Shown here: positions 49,130 to 59,106 of the stretch, piece after piece | Numbering within the stretch: the stretch's first letter is position 1 | Layout of the letters: the number at the start of each line of letters is the position of its first letter | NCBI GenBank assembly: GCA_963796055.1 | Contig: CAWCKH010000004.1 | Location: forward strand, 1,568,001-1,632,000 | Reading direction: 5' to 3' | DNA length: 64,000 nt | Source: an uncultured delta proteobacterium | Lineage (GTDB): Bacteria > Myxococcota > Myxococcia > Myxococcales > Myxococcaceae | Made by a program: the position numbers and the translations under genes | Notes under the pieces: generated by a model | What the model was told of the DNA's origin: nothing | Database searches by the model: none | The model's input: the letters and a program-made list of their open reading frames with translations, nothing else

Positions 49130-49503
49130 GCAGGAGGAAGGCGCCCGCTCCCGCCCCGGAGCGCGAGGCGTTCAACGCTCCGTTTGCCGGGCTGGGAGCG
49201 CTCCGCGATGCGTTGCCCGCGGCCGAGCAGCGCCCCGGGCCCGTGGCGCCCGCTCCCGTCCGCGGTCCTTCGCGCGCCGTCGTCCGCTACGAGCGCAAGG
49301 GCCGCGGGGGCAAGGAGGCCACCCTGGTCGAGCAGCTCGCGCTCTCGCCCGGCGAGCGGGCCGAGTGGCTCCTGGCCATGAAGCAGGCGCTCGGCTGCGG
49401 CGGGACGCTGGAGGGCGAGGCGCTGGTGCTCCAGGGAGACCAGCGCGCGCGGGTGCGCGCCTGGCTCGAGGCGCATGGCGTGGGGCGGATCTCGGTCGGC
49501 TGA
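49126..49503 (+). CDS. yciH: Translation initiation factor SUI1/YciH-like
   Basis: ERKGRGGK..T.V, K..LGCGGT, LQGD.R. Confidence 0.88.
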   Translation: MSRRKAPAPAPEREAFNAPFAGLGALRDALPAAEQRPGPVAPAPVRGPSRAVVRYERKGRGGKEATLVEQLALSPGERAEWLLAMKQALGCGGTLEGEALVLQGDQRARVRAWLEAHGVGRISVG

Positions 49504-49523
49504 GCGCGGCGAGAGCCCGACCC

Positions 49524-50585
49524 TCAGCTCGGCTCGCCCGACGGCTGCCGCCAGCGCGGCGCCGCGTTCTCCTGGAGCCACCGCAGCGCCGAGGGGACGC
49601 CCCGGGCCATCATCGCCGCCGCGACCAGCACCAGCGTACCGAGCCCGAGCGCCGCTGGAATCGAGAGCTGCCGTGCCCATCGCATCGCCAACCCCTCGTC
49701 GCCCGCCCAGCCATAGAGCAGCACCAGATGGGCGACGTAGACCCCCAGCGAGCTCCGCCCCAGCGTGAGGAGTCCGGGAACCCGCCACACTGGCACGGCA
49801 GAGAGCAGCCCCAGGGCGATCATCGCCTGGCCCATCCGGTAGAAGGTCGGCCAGGGCGAGGTGAGCGACCAGTCCTCGAGCCCCGTCCACTCGAGGAGCA
49901 GGACCAGGAGCCCGCCGGCGAGCAGCAGCGCCATCGAGCGGTGCCGGCGTTCGCGGAGGGCGGGGAGCAGCAGCGCCAGCGCCCCGCCCAGGAAGAAGAA
50001 CGCCGACCAGGGCACCAGCGGGAAGTGCACCTCAGGATGGCCGAGCAGCCCGCGCCAGAGCCAGCCGGCGCCGAGGCCCACCGGCCAGCTGACCACAGTG
50101 ACGAAGGGGACCCACAGGGCGAGGACGCCGAACGCGCCGATCCGTCCTGCGCGGCGGGGGAGCAGCGACGCGAGCAGCACCCCGGCGGCGATGCACCAGC
50201 CGATGCAGGGCAAGGCGTCGAAGGCCAGCAGGTGGGGCCAGAGCGTTCCCTCCGTGGCCATGCCCTGGGCGGCGGAGAACCCCGGCCAGTGCAGGCCGTA
50301 CCCCAGGGCCAGCACCAGCGCCGCCCGCCGGAGGCGCCGCCCGAGGGTGTCCGCGTCCGTCGAGCGCAAAGAGGCGACCAGCGCCCACCCGGCGACGATC
50401 AAGAACAGCGGCGCGGTGAGCCCGCGGAACGACCAGTAGAGGTTGACCAGGGGGAGGTCCCGGAGGCGGTCCTCGAGCGTGAGGTCCAGGGTGTGACCGA
50501 ACACCATCGCCAGCACCGAGACGCCGCGCACGGCGTCCAGCCAGGGGTCACGCCGGGTGGAGGGGGGAGGGGTCGACGAACTCAC
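49524..50585 (-). CDS. Membrane acyltransferase (HGSNAT/DUF1624-like)
   Basis: LDAVRG...LAM..GH, APLFL.VAG, D.L.CIG, FPLVPW, LGRSSL..Y..H; many TMs. Confidence 0.8.
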   Translation of the reverse strand: MSSSTPPPSTRRDPWLDAVRGVSVLAMVFGHTLDLTLEDRLRDLPLVNLYWSFRGLTAPLFLIVAGWALVASLRSTDADTLGRRLRRAALVLALGYGLHWPGFSAAQGMATEGTLWPHLLAFDALPCIGWCIAAGVLLASLLPRRAGRIGAFGVLALWVPFVTVVSWPVGLGAGWLWRGLLGHPEVHFPLVPWSAFFFLGGALALLLPALRERRHRSMALLLAGGLLVLLLEWTGLEDWSLTSPWPTFYRMGQAMIALGLLSAVPVWRVPGLLTLGRSSLGVYVAHLVLLYGWAGDEGLAMRWARQLSIPAALGLGTLVLVAAAMMARGVPSALRWLQENAAPRWRQPSGEPS

Positions 50586-50673
50586 GCGCGAGGAGATCTC
50601 CCGGAGGGAGCAGACACCGAGGCTGTAACTAAGGTTGCGACGCGAGGGGGCTGGTGCAATCCGTGTTCTGGAG

Positions 50674-51678
50674 CTACAGCGCGGCGATCACCGCGTCGGT
50701 GAACTCTTTCGTGGTGGCGTTTCCGCCGAGGTCGCCGGTCCGGACCCGTCCCTCGGAGTAGACCCGCATCAGCGCCCGGTCGAATCGGCGCGAGGCTTCG
50801 CCGAACCCGAGCCACTCGAGCATCATCACCGCGGACATCATCAGCGCGGTGGGATTGGCCAGGTTCTTTCCGGCGATGTCCGGGGCGGTGCCGTGGACCG
50901 CCTCGAACACCGCAGTCCGCTCGCCGATGTTGGCCCCGGGGACCACGCCCAGCCCGCCCACCAGGCCGGCGCAGAGGTCGGAGATGATGTCCCCGTAGAG
51001 GTTCTCCATCAGCAGCACGTCGTAGCGCTCGGGGTTGCGCACCAGCTGCATGCACATGTTGTCGACGATGACCTCCTCGTAGGTCACCTCGGGAAACTCC
51101 CGGGCGACCTTGCGGCAGCAGTCGAGGAAGAGGCCGTCCGACAGCTTCATGATGTTGGCCTTGTGGACGGCGGTGACCTTCTTCCGGCCGTTCTTCCGCG
51201 CGTACTCGAAGGCGAAGCGCGCGATGCGGCTGCTGGCCTTCTCGCTGATGATCTTCAGGCTCTCCACCACCCCCGGTACCACGATGTGCTCGAGGCCGGC
51301 GTAGAGGCTCTCGGTGTTCTCGCGGACGACGACCAGGTCCACTCCCTCGTAGCGGGTGCGGACGTTGGGGACGGACCGCACCGGACGGAGCGCGGCGTAG
51401 AGGTCCAGCCCCTTGCGGAAGGCCACGTTGGCGGAGGGTAGCCCGGCGCCGATCTGGGTGCCGGTGGGTCCCTTGAGGGCCACCCCGTTCTTCAAGACCG
51501 AGTCGAGGGTCTCGCGGGGCAGGTTCGTGCCGTACTTGCTGATGACCTCCGAACCCGCGTCGCAGTGCTCGAACTCCAGCGGGACCTGGAGCGCTTCCAG
51601 GACCCGGACCGTCGCCCCCATCACCTCGGGGCCAATCCCATCGCCGGGGATGAGCGAGACCTTGCGTCGTTCGGTCAT
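50674..51678 (-). CDS. Isocitrate/isopropylmalate dehydrogenase family (probably NAD-dependent IDH)
   Basis: GDGIGPEV, ALKGP, RENTE..Y, HKANIMK..DG.F, NLYGDIISDL, EAVHGTAPDIAGK..ANP. Confidence 0.93.
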   Translation of the reverse strand: MTERRKVSLIPGDGIGPEVMGATVRVLEALQVPLEFEHCDAGSEVISKYGTNLPRETLDSVLKNGVALKGPTGTQIGAGLPSANVAFRKGLDLYAALRPVRSVPNVRTRYEGVDLVVVRENTESLYAGLEHIVVPGVVESLKIISEKASSRIARFAFEYARKNGRKKVTAVHKANIMKLSDGLFLDCCRKVAREFPEVTYEEVIVDNMCMQLVRNPERYDVLLMENLYGDIISDLCAGLVGGLGVVPGANIGERTAVFEAVHGTAPDIAGKNLANPTALMMSAVMMLEWLGFGEASRRFDRALMRVYSEGRVRTGDLGGNATTKEFTDAVIAAL

Positions 51679-51744
51679 TGGCCCTCTCTAGCGCAACTTC
51701 CCCGCCGCCAGGGGTGGTAGCGTCCGGTTCCCGTTCGATCGAGC

Positions 51745-52821
51745 ATGGACGCCCGGGTGCTCCAGCGCCTCCGCCGCAAGGTCCAGCGCGGCGAGCGCCT
51801 CTCCGAGGCGGAGATGCGACGCCTGCGCACCGCAGCCGACGTCGAGGGTGGGGCGGTGCTGAACATCACCCTGGGGCTGGCGCTGTCCAACGCGGGGTCC
51901 GACGCCGAGGCGCTCTCGGTGCTCGGCGCGGCGGCCCACCCGGGGGACCCGGTGGCGGCGCAGGCCCGGGCGCGGGCGCTCGTCCGGGCCGAGCGGCTGG
52001 AAGAGGCCGAGCGCGTCCTGGACGAGGCCGTGGCCCTCCATCCCCAGGAGATCGGGCTCCGGAAGGGTCTGGTTCTGCTGGCACTCCGCCGGGGAGACCG
52101 GGCGATGGCGGAGCGCACGCTCGCCGAGCTGCGGGCGCTCGCCCCGGACGACGCCGAGGCGCGGGCGCTGGCCGAGTCCTTGACGGCGGGCTCGGGCGGC
52201 GGCGCGCTCGAGGTGCTGCTCGGTGGCGCGTGGGAGTCGTTCGGGAAGGCGGGTGCCTGGGAGCACGGGGGCCTGCGCGCGACGTGGACCGAGGAACAGC
52301 CGGCTCCGGGGCTACAGGACGTCCTGGCGCACGTCGTCCCGGTGCTCGCGGACGCGGTGGTCCCCGGGGTGCTCGCTCGTGAGGGCCCGGCGGGGCTGGT
52401 GGTCACCTATCTGAGCGATGGGGTGAGGCTCGACTCGGGGAGCGCGCCCGCCTCGCTCGAGGCGGTGGACGCGACGGCATGGAAGCACCTCGAGGCGTGC
52501 CCCGCGGAGCCGCGTCCGGTCATCGTCGATCGTGGTCGGCCTCGGCTTTCTCCCGAGCCGCTCGGATTGTGGGCGCTGTGTGAGGCCGACGGGGCGGACG
52601 GGGCCCGGCTGCTCACCGGGCCCCAGCGCCGGCGGTTGTTCGAGACGGCGGGGGCGGGCCCGTACCGTGTCTCGCTCGCCCGCCGCGAGCTGGCGCTGGT
52701 CGCGCCGCTCCTGGATCCCTCGGCGGTCGGGCTCCTCGAATCGGTGGAGACCGGGCCGGACGGAGTCGCCGGACGCTTCGTCCTTCAGCCCGACGGGACG
52801 CTGCAGCGGATCGCCGGTTGA
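51745..52821 (+). CDS. TPR-containing hypothetical protein
   Basis: N-terminal TPR-like helices; alpha/beta C-terminal part (LVVTY..D, DG.DGARLL). Confidence 0.7.
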   Translation: MDARVLQRLRRKVQRGERLSEAEMRRLRTAADVEGGAVLNITLGLALSNAGSDAEALSVLGAAAHPGDPVAAQARARALVRAERLEEAERVLDEAVALHPQEIGLRKGLVLLALRRGDRAMAERTLAELRALAPDDAEARALAESLTAGSGGGALEVLLGGAWESFGKAGAWEHGGLRATWTEEQPAPGLQDVLAHVVPVLADAVVPGVLAREGPAGLVVTYLSDGVRLDSGSAPASLEAVDATAWKHLEACPAEPRPVIVDRGRPRLSPEPLGLWALCEADGADGARLLTGPQRRRLFETAGAGPYRVSLARRELALVAPLLDPSAVGLLESVETGPDGVAGRFVLQPDGTLQRIAG

Positions 52822-52941
52822 TGATGCCGGTTCCCGGACCAGCCGCTCCAGCCTTTCGTCGCCAGGCCAGTTCGAACCCGTTGCGGCAGACCAGAAACGC
52901 CCGTCCGGTGACCCTCGGGCGGCCGGGAGGACGAGCCGGGG

Positions 52942-53577
52942 TCAGCTCGCGCCGGACGGTCGGATCGCGTCCACGAAGACCACCTCGTGGAACCCGAGCG
53001 AGAGCAGCAGCCCGGTGAGGGCCCGCTCGGCGCTCCCGCGGGCCTTTGCCTGGAGCGCCGGATCCGCCATCACCTCGCGCTCGAACGCGCTCCGGGCCAG
53101 CTCCAGCAGCTGCGAGGTCTGCGACGAGTCGAGGTTGCTGGCGATGATCTCCGTCTCGCCCGGTCGAAGCTCGACCTGGGCCTGCATGGGGGGGAGCGCC
53201 ACCTCGATGCGCCCTCCCTGGATCCGCAGCCGACGCGCATCGAGCTTCGAGAGGTCCAGCCCGAGGTGGACCGTCCCGAAGACGATGGCCCTCCCATGGG
53301 AGGGGAAGAGCGAGGACTTTGCCCAGGCCAGCACGTCGATCCACAGCGCGCCGGTGGGCGTCGGCTCGGGCGCGTAGGCGATCTTCTTGTAAACCTGGAG
53401 GTCCAGCGTCTCCAGACGCGCCACTTCCCGCATCCGGTCCACGACCAGGGGCGTCGGGGGAACGCTCGGCCCGGGCAGCCGCTGCCAGAGCGCCCAGACT
53501 GTGACCGCGCCCACCGCCACGCCGGCGAGCACGAGCAGGAGCGTCCGAAGCAAGCCGCTGCGCGGGGTGTCTTCCAC
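52942..53577 (-). CDS. DUF4230 family membrane-anchored protein
   Basis: N-terminal TM; LET..., G.V..G.DLS, LPP, A...AE..L..LL..LGF..V. Confidence 0.75.
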   Translation of the reverse strand: MEDTPRSGLLRTLLLVLAGVAVGAVTVWALWQRLPGPSVPPTPLVVDRMREVARLETLDLQVYKKIAYAPEPTPTGALWIDVLAWAKSSLFPSHGRAIVFGTVHLGLDLSKLDARRLRIQGGRIEVALPPMQAQVELRPGETEIIASNLDSSQTSQLLELARSAFEREVMADPALQAKARGSAERALTGLLLSLGFHEVVFVDAIRPSGAS

Positions 53578-53628
53578 CAGGCCCCGAAGCCTACCCCCGC
53601 CAGCCTTCCCCGACTCTTCACTTCGAAG

Positions 53629-53650
53629 TTGACTCTGAGAATCGTTCTCA
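53629..53650 (+). promoter_or_regulatory. -35 element TTGACT followed by a Fur-box-like palindrome TGAGAATCGTTCTCA
   Basis: TTGACT 53629-53634; TGAGAA-N3-TTCTCA 53636-53650, 12/15 match to the 7-1-7 TGATAATnATTATCA; AT-rich island in GC-rich DNA; GGAGG RBS before 53685. Confidence 0.7.
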
Positions 53651-53684
53651 ATTACGACCCGTCCAACGGAGGGATTTCCCGCAC

Positions 53685-54482
53685 ATGTTCAGGTTCTGGC
53701 CGTCGGTCCTGCTGGTGTCCGTGCTGCTCGGAGTGCTCCTGGTCCCGCTGGCTGCCCGGGCGAACGACCGGCACTTCTCCTACACCTACGAGTCGGCGGT
53801 GCTCGCCCCGGGGGAGAAGGAGCTCGAGGTCTGGACGACCGGCCGCGCCGGCCGCGACACCCGGTACACGCGCTTCGACGAGCGCCTCGAGTTCGAGATC
53901 GGCCTGGTCCCCGGCCTGCAGACGTCGTTCTACCTGAACCTCACCACCATCGGTCAGGAGGCGTCCGGCGAGCTGGCGAAGAGCGTCGAGCTCAGTGTGA
54001 GCAACGAGTGGAAGTGGAAGCTCCTCGACTCGTCGCTCGATGCGGTCGGCCTGGCGCTCTACTTCGAGGCCACGGGAGCCGTGGACGCGCTGGAGCTGGA
54101 GGGCAAGCTGATCGTCGACAAGCGGATCGGCAATCTGCTGCTGGCGGCGAACTTTGTGGCCGAGCACGAGTGGGAGTACGGGATCGGCCAGACCGAGAAG
54201 GACCTCCACCTCGACGGGTACCTCGCGGCGGCCTGGTTCTTCACCTCCCGCTTCTCCCTGGGGATCGAGGCGTGGAACGCGAACATCATCTCCGAGGGCG
54301 TCTGGGAGCACTCGGCGTTCTTCCTCGGGCCGGTGGCCTCCTACTCCGGGGACGGGTGGTGGGTGACGTTTACCGTTCTGCCCCAGCTGCCGGCCTTCAA
54401 GCCGTCCGAAGGTGGGGGAACGTACGTCTTCACCGACTACGAGCGGTTCCAGGCGCGGCTGCTGTTCTCCTGGCACATCTAG
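53685..54482 (+). CDS. Putative outer-membrane beta-barrel protein (DUF6662-like)
   Basis: Signal peptide (ARA-ND); FSYTYE..VL.PGE.ELE.W.T; alternating aromatic beta-strands; ELEGKLIVDK. Confidence 0.75.
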   Translation: MFRFWPSVLLVSVLLGVLLVPLAARANDRHFSYTYESAVLAPGEKELEVWTTGRAGRDTRYTRFDERLEFEIGLVPGLQTSFYLNLTTIGQEASGELAKSVELSVSNEWKWKLLDSSLDAVGLALYFEATGAVDALELEGKLIVDKRIGNLLLAANFVAEHEWEYGIGQTEKDLHLDGYLAAAWFFTSRFSLGIEAWNANIISEGVWEHSAFFLGPVASYSGDGWWVTFTVLPQLPAFKPSEGGGTYVFTDYERFQARLLFSWHI

Positions 54483-54503
54483 CGCGGTGCTAATCTCCAG
54501 GCC

Positions 54504-54725
54504 GTGCTCGGCCGTCTTCTCTCCCTGGTGCTCGGTCTCGCGGTGGTGGCCTTCGTCGCCTACTGGACGCTGAACCATCTGGCCGGGGCGGATCGACTGG
54601 ACCCCGAGGGTCGCTCGCAGCCGAAGGCGATGCTCGACCACACCCGGGAAGCGACCCAGCGCATCGAGCGAGACGCCGAGCAGCGGATGCGCGACACCGA
54701 GCGGAAGATGGACGAGGCCCGCTGA
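54504..54725 (+). CDS. Small single-TM protein with a charged helical tail
   Basis: N-terminal hydrophobic helix, GC3-biased codons, extended -10 TGcTAATCT upstream. Confidence 0.65.
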   Translation: MLGRLLSLVLGLAVVAFVAYWTLNHLAGADRLDPEGRSQPKAMLDHTREATQRIERDAEQRMRDTERKMDEAR

Positions 54726-54751
54726 GACGGGCCCCGGAAGCGCCCGGCCCC

Positions 54752-55114
54752 TTACGCCTTTCCTGGCTTCTCGTACGAGACCGTCACCACGGTTCCGATG
54801 CCGCCACGGACGAACCAGTCGCCCACCACGGTGAGCTTGCGGGGCGAGAGCGCGGCGACGAGGTCGTCCCGGATGCGGTTGGTCACCGCCTCGTGGAACG
54901 CGCCCTCGTTCCGGTAGCTCCAGAAGTAGAGCTTCAGGCTCTTCAGCTCGACGCACCTCTGGTCCGGGACGTACCGAATCTTGAAGTGCGCGAAGTCCGG
55001 CTGCCCGGTGAGTGGACAGAGGCAGGTGAACTCCGGCACGTCGAAGGCGATCTCGTAGTCGCGGTCCGGAGAAGGGTTGGGAAAGGTCTCCAGGGTCTTG
55101 GTCGGTCCTGCCAT
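54752..55114 (-). CDS. queF: preQ1 synthase (NADPH-dependent nitrile reductase, short type)
   Basis: [38 protein letters not shown]. Confidence 0.96.
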   Translation of the reverse strand: MAGPTKTLETFPNPSPDRDYEIAFDVPEFTCLCPLTGQPDFAHFKIRYVPDQRCVELKSLKLYFWSYRNEGAFHEAVTNRIRDDLVAALSPRKLTVVGDWFVRGGIGTVVTVSYEKPGKA

Positions 55115-55152
55115 GCGCCTGGCAATAGCACCGCGGACGGCCTGGCGCCGAA

Positions 55153-55893
55153 TCAGCCCAGGTCGGCGAAGCTGCCGAGGGTGATTCCCGCCTCGACGAG
55201 TGCGCGGCGGGCGGCGGCGGAGGTCAGGGTGGCGAGCTCCACCGCCCGCTGCAGGGCGTAGCTGGTGCGGGTCTCGCGGGGGGGATACCCTGGGTGGCAC
55301 ATCAGCTCGGTGGTGCCCTCCGGGAGGAGGGCCACGGTGCCGGCGAAGCGCTGCTCGGTCCAGTAGGCCTCGCCGCCCGCCTCGCCCACGAAGTGGTCGG
55401 TGGTGCGGATGCCGGCGCGGCGGAGCTCGCTCCGCATCGTCTCGTCGAGGGCACGGACCGGCAGCCCGCGCGCGGCAGCCACCAGGGCCAGCCCCCGGAG
55501 CACCGCCGGGAAGCGATGGAGATGCCGGTGCACGTCGACGTGCGTGGGCCGGCTGCCCAGCAGGGACTCGGCCCGGGCGAGCTGCGCCTCGACCTCCTCG
55601 GCGACGAGGTCGGGCGGGAGTGACCCCACCAGCCCCTCGTCGAAGGCGCCCGCCCGGAGCGACGCCGCCGGGAACCCGGAGGACACCGGCGCTCCCCGCG
55701 AGAGATTCAGGTGGAGGCCGATGGGCAGCCCCTGGGCGAGCCTGGCCCCGTGAGAGGAGTGCGGGAGGTTGACCATCAGCGTGGACGAGCTCACCACCCC
55801 GCTGCGCATCGCGAGCACGATGCCCTCGCTCACCGCCGGGTCGTAGCCGAGGTCGTCGGCGTTGACGATCAGCCGCCGGGCCGGGGCGCTCAC
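55153..55893 (-). CDS. ChbG/YdjC family carbohydrate deacetylase
   Basis: [39 protein letters not shown] overlap with the kinase. Confidence 0.9.
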   Translation of the reverse strand: MSAPARRLIVNADDLGYDPAVSEGIVLAMRSGVVSSSTLMVNLPHSSHGARLAQGLPIGLHLNLSRGAPVSSGFPAASLRAGAFDEGLVGSLPPDLVAEEVEAQLARAESLLGSRPTHVDVHRHLHRFPAVLRGLALVAAARGLPVRALDETMRSELRRAGIRTTDHFVGEAGGEAYWTEQRFAGTVALLPEGTTELMCHPGYPPRETRTSYALQRAVELATLTSAAARRALVEAGITLGSFADLG

Positions 55894-57944
55894 GGACGGC
55901 ACTCCGCGATGTACCGCGGGGCCTGCTCGGGGAAGCGGTCGGCGAGCTCCTTCTTCAGCGCCTCGGCCTCGGGGCCGCGCTTGTTCTGGGCCAGCAGGGC
56001 GCACAGCGCCCCCAGCGGCCGCGGGTCGCTGGGGGCGAGCCGATCGGCGGTGCGGTACTCGGACTCGGCGGCGGCGAAGTCGCCCTGCTGGGTGAGCGCT
56101 GCGCCCAGGTAGTAGTGCGCCTTGGCGAGGTTGGGCGACCGGTTCAGCGCGGCCCGGAGGAGCCGCATCGCGTCCGCCGACTGGTTCTGCCGCAGCTTCA
56201 CGAAACCCAGCTCGGCCGCGGCGCCCGCGTGGAACCGGTGCCTGAGCACCGCGTTGAGGACACCTGAGGCCTCGTCGAGCCGGCCGGCCTGGCTGAGCAG
56301 CTCGCCCCGGCGCACGGCGATCTCCCGGTCGTTGGGGGCCTTCCTGCTCGCCGAGGTCAGTGACTCGAGCATCCCCGCCGCATCGCCCTGCAGCCGGCGC
56401 AGGTCGGCACGGAGCAGGTCCGGGCGCGGATCGTCCGGCGCCAGCCCGATGGCGCGGTCGATGGCCGCGTCCGCCCGCTTCCCCAGCCGGAGCCCGACGC
56501 ACGCGCGGGCCTCCTGCAGCGCAGCCTCGAGCGACTTGGGGAAACGCCGGGCGAACGCCTGGGTGACGGCCAGCGCCCCCTCCAGGTCCGGGCTCTGCAG
56601 GGCCAGCTCCCCCGCGCGGCGCAGGTCGGTCTCGCTCGCGCTCGGATCCTCGGCGAGCGCGGTCAGCTGGCGGATGCGGTCCCCCGGAGTGGAGGCCTTC
56701 TCTGCGAGCTGGAGCCGGTCCGCCACCGTGCGCTCCGGGCGGTTCACCAGGGCGATCGCCCCGGCCACCACCACCAGACCCAGGACCACCGGACCCAGCA
56801 CCTCCACCCGGAATAGGCTCTGCCTCGCCCAGTCCGCCCAGCGCTGCCAGGAGGATGGACCAGAGGGGACCTCGGGCTTGGTCACCTTCCTCGGTGGGCG
56901 GCTCTCCTCCCGGGGCGGGAGCAGGTCGATGGCGGTGTCGTGGGGCGACCGGGTGGGGGTCGACGGGTCTGCCAGCCGCGCGCGGCGGAGGGCGATGCGC
57001 TTGGGGTCCTCCTCGGCGGGGAAGACTGCGCTGACGTACGCCGAGACCTCCTCAGGTGTGGCCACCCGCGCCGGCCCGCCCACCGACTCGATGGCGGCGA
57101 TGAACTCGTGCAGCGACGGGAAGCGCCGGGCCGGGTCCTTCGAGAGCGCGGTGAGGCAGACCAGCTCGAGGGCCAGTGGCACCGAGGGATCGAACTCCGT
57201 CGGCCGCCGCGGCCGACCCTCGGCGATGCGGTTCAGCACCTCCTCGGTGTTGAGACCGGTGAAGGGTCGCCGCCCACAGAGCTGCTCGTAGAGCATCACC
57301 CCGGCGGCGAAGAGGTCGGCGCGGTGGTCCACGTCCTGGCCGGCGATCATCTCCGGGGACATGTAGAAGAACTTGCCCTTCAGCGTTCCGGGCTCGGTGC
57401 CCCCGGGCACCGCGGCTGACTTGGCGATCCCGAAGTCGATGACCTTCACCTCGCCGGTGACGCTGACGTGGATGTTGTCCGGGGTGAAGTCGCGATGGAC
57501 GATCTGCAGCTCACGGCCCTTGCTGTCCACCGCACGGTGCGCGGCGTCCAGCCCCCGGCAGGCCTCGGTGAGGACCCGCAGGGTGACGCCCAGCGGGACG
57601 CGGCGGCCCGACTGCGCCGCGGTCTGACGAAGCTCGGCGAAGCTGTGCCCCTCGAGCAGCTCCATGGCGATGAACGGCTCGGCCTGGACGTTGCCCAGGT
57701 CGAGGATGCGCACCACGTTCGGATGGGCGATCTGCCGGGTGATCTCCGCCTCGTTGAGGAACATCCGGACGATGGCCGCGTCGGTGGTCAGGTGAGGGAG
57801 GAGCCGTTTCACCGCCACCGCCGGCCCGAACCGTCCGTCCGGCTGGAGGGCCCGCCCGAGATACACCTCGGCCATGCCGCCCGTCGCGATGCGCGACGTC
57901 AGTCGGTACCGGCCGAACCAGGACGAGCTCGTGCTCAGGGTCAA
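55890..57944 (-). CDS. Hanks-type Ser/Thr kinase with a TM helix and C-terminal TPRs
   Basis: [55 protein letters not shown]; TPRs. Confidence 0.93.
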   Translation of the reverse strand: MTLSTSSSWFGRYRLTSRIATGGMAEVYLGRALQPDGRFGPAVAVKRLLPHLTTDAAIVRMFLNEAEITRQIAHPNVVRILDLGNVQAEPFIAMELLEGHSFAELRQTAAQSGRRVPLGVTLRVLTEACRGLDAAHRAVDSKGRELQIVHRDFTPDNIHVSVTGEVKVIDFGIAKSAAVPGGTEPGTLKGKFFYMSPEMIAGQDVDHRADLFAAGVMLYEQLCGRRPFTGLNTEEVLNRIAEGRPRRPTEFDPSVPLALELVCLTALSKDPARRFPSLHEFIAAIESVGGPARVATPEEVSAYVSAVFPAEEDPKRIALRRARLADPSTPTRSPHDTAIDLLPPREESRPPRKVTKPEVPSGPSSWQRWADWARQSLFRVEVLGPVVLGLVVVAGAIALVNRPERTVADRLQLAEKASTPGDRIRQLTALAEDPSASETDLRRAGELALQSPDLEGALAVTQAFARRFPKSLEAALQEARACVGLRLGKRADAAIDRAIGLAPDDPRPDLLRADLRRLQGDAAGMLESLTSASRKAPNDREIAVRRGELLSQAGRLDEASGVLNAVLRHRFHAGAAAELGFVKLRQNQSADAMRLLRAALNRSPNLAKAHYYLGAALTQQGDFAAAESEYRTADRLAPSDPRPLGALCALLAQNKRGPEAEALKKELADRFPEQAPRYIAECRP

Positions 57945-57997
57945 CGGTGTCGGAAGTCTACACCGTCGACGTGGCCCGCCCCCCTCGAGTCATGGAG

Positions 57998-58942
57998 TCA
58001 GAGGGCGATGCCGAGGCCGATCCACGGCCCCTGGTACCGCTCGGTGTGGGGGACCCCGTCCACGAGGCCCCGGTCGTCGAGGTAGGTCCAGTGGTAGCCG
58101 CCACGGAGCGCGAAGTGGTCCCAACCGATGCTCGCCCCGGCGAAGGCGTCGAACTCCACGAAGGGGGTGGGCGTGTAGCTCACCTGACCCTCGATGCCCA
58201 GCGGACCGATCAGCCCCAGCGCGACCGAGACGCCCACCGAGGGCCCGATGCGGGACAGGTCCGGAGCGAACGCGCCGCTGCCACCGAGGTGCAGGCGGAG
58301 CCGGCCCAGCGGTCCGCTGAGCAGCGCATAGGTCGCGTGCAGGTGGACGACGTTGACGTTGTCCGTGCCGAGGCCGGTGAGCGAGTCCAGGTAGAAGCCG
58401 TTCCACTGCGCCAGCACGCCCCAGTGCTCGCCCTCGACGCCGAGTCCCAGGCCGAAGGCGCTGCCCTTCGACTCGACGTGCTGGCCGTAGCCGGTGATGC
58501 TGAAGATGGTGCGCTTCACCGAGCGCTCCGGGACGAGCGGGAGCCCATCCTCGTCGACCGGCGGACCCGGGGGTGGGGGCGGGTAGTTGCCCGGCGGGTA
58601 GACGCCGGGCGGATACCCGGGGGCGACGTAGGTCCCGTAGGGCGCGACGACGGTGGGCGGGCCCACGGGCACGGGCTCGGTCCACCACGGGTCCCACAGC
58701 CAGCCGCGGTAGCCGAATCCCCACCCGTAGACGTAAGCGGGCGGCACGGGCCGCACGACGGGAGGGCCGCGCGGGACCCATCCACCCCCGGCGTTGCCGC
58801 CCGAGCCAGGGGAGGGGGTCACGGGGTGAGGCGCAGAGCTCGGAGGCGCGGTGCGCATCCCGAAGCGTCCCTGCGCGAGCGCCGGGGCACTGCCCAGGAG
58901 GACGCCGAGGAGCAGCGGGAGCAGTCGAGTTCGAGAGGACAT
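57998..58942 (-). CDS. Secreted Pro-rich protein with a probable C-terminal beta-barrel
   Basis: Signal peptide (ALA-Q), Pro/Tyr/Trp-rich linker (YPPG repeats), amphipathic strands ending GPWIGLGIAL. Confidence 0.72.
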   Translation of the reverse strand: MSSRTRLLPLLLGVLLGSAPALAQGRFGMRTAPPSSAPHPVTPSPGSGGNAGGGWVPRGPPVVRPVPPAYVYGWGFGYRGWLWDPWWTEPVPVGPPTVVAPYGTYVAPGYPPGVYPPGNYPPPPPGPPVDEDGLPLVPERSVKRTIFSITGYGQHVESKGSAFGLGLGVEGEHWGVLAQWNGFYLDSLTGLGTDNVNVVHLHATYALLSGPLGRLRLHLGGSGAFAPDLSRIGPSVGVSVALGLIGPLGIEGQVSYTPTPFVEFDAFAGASIGWDHFALRGGYHWTYLDDRGLVDGVPHTERYQGPWIGLGIAL

Positions 58943-59106
58943 CCTGAGCACCCGGGAGAGTGGCCGGCCGCCGGGGGAACGTGTGTCTGACGCAGCGGCG
59001 TTTCACGGGATTCATCGGGGAGTCGGGGCTGCCGGACCTGGGTAGGGTGCGCAGCTTTCCTCGCGTATGACTGCCCTGGAGCGGCTCCGGCGGACGGGGG
59101 CCCAGG

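Noticed and set aside
52822..52941. GTTCGAAC T-loop-like sequence in an intergenic gap
   Set aside because: No T-stem or cloverleaf pairing; not a tRNA.
34643..55114. queC + queF as a 7-deazaguanine DNA-modification (Dpd) system
   Set aside because: The genes are 20 kb apart in housekeeping contexts with no dpdA/tgt-like or helicase genes. QueF points to ordinary tRNA queuosine synthesis.
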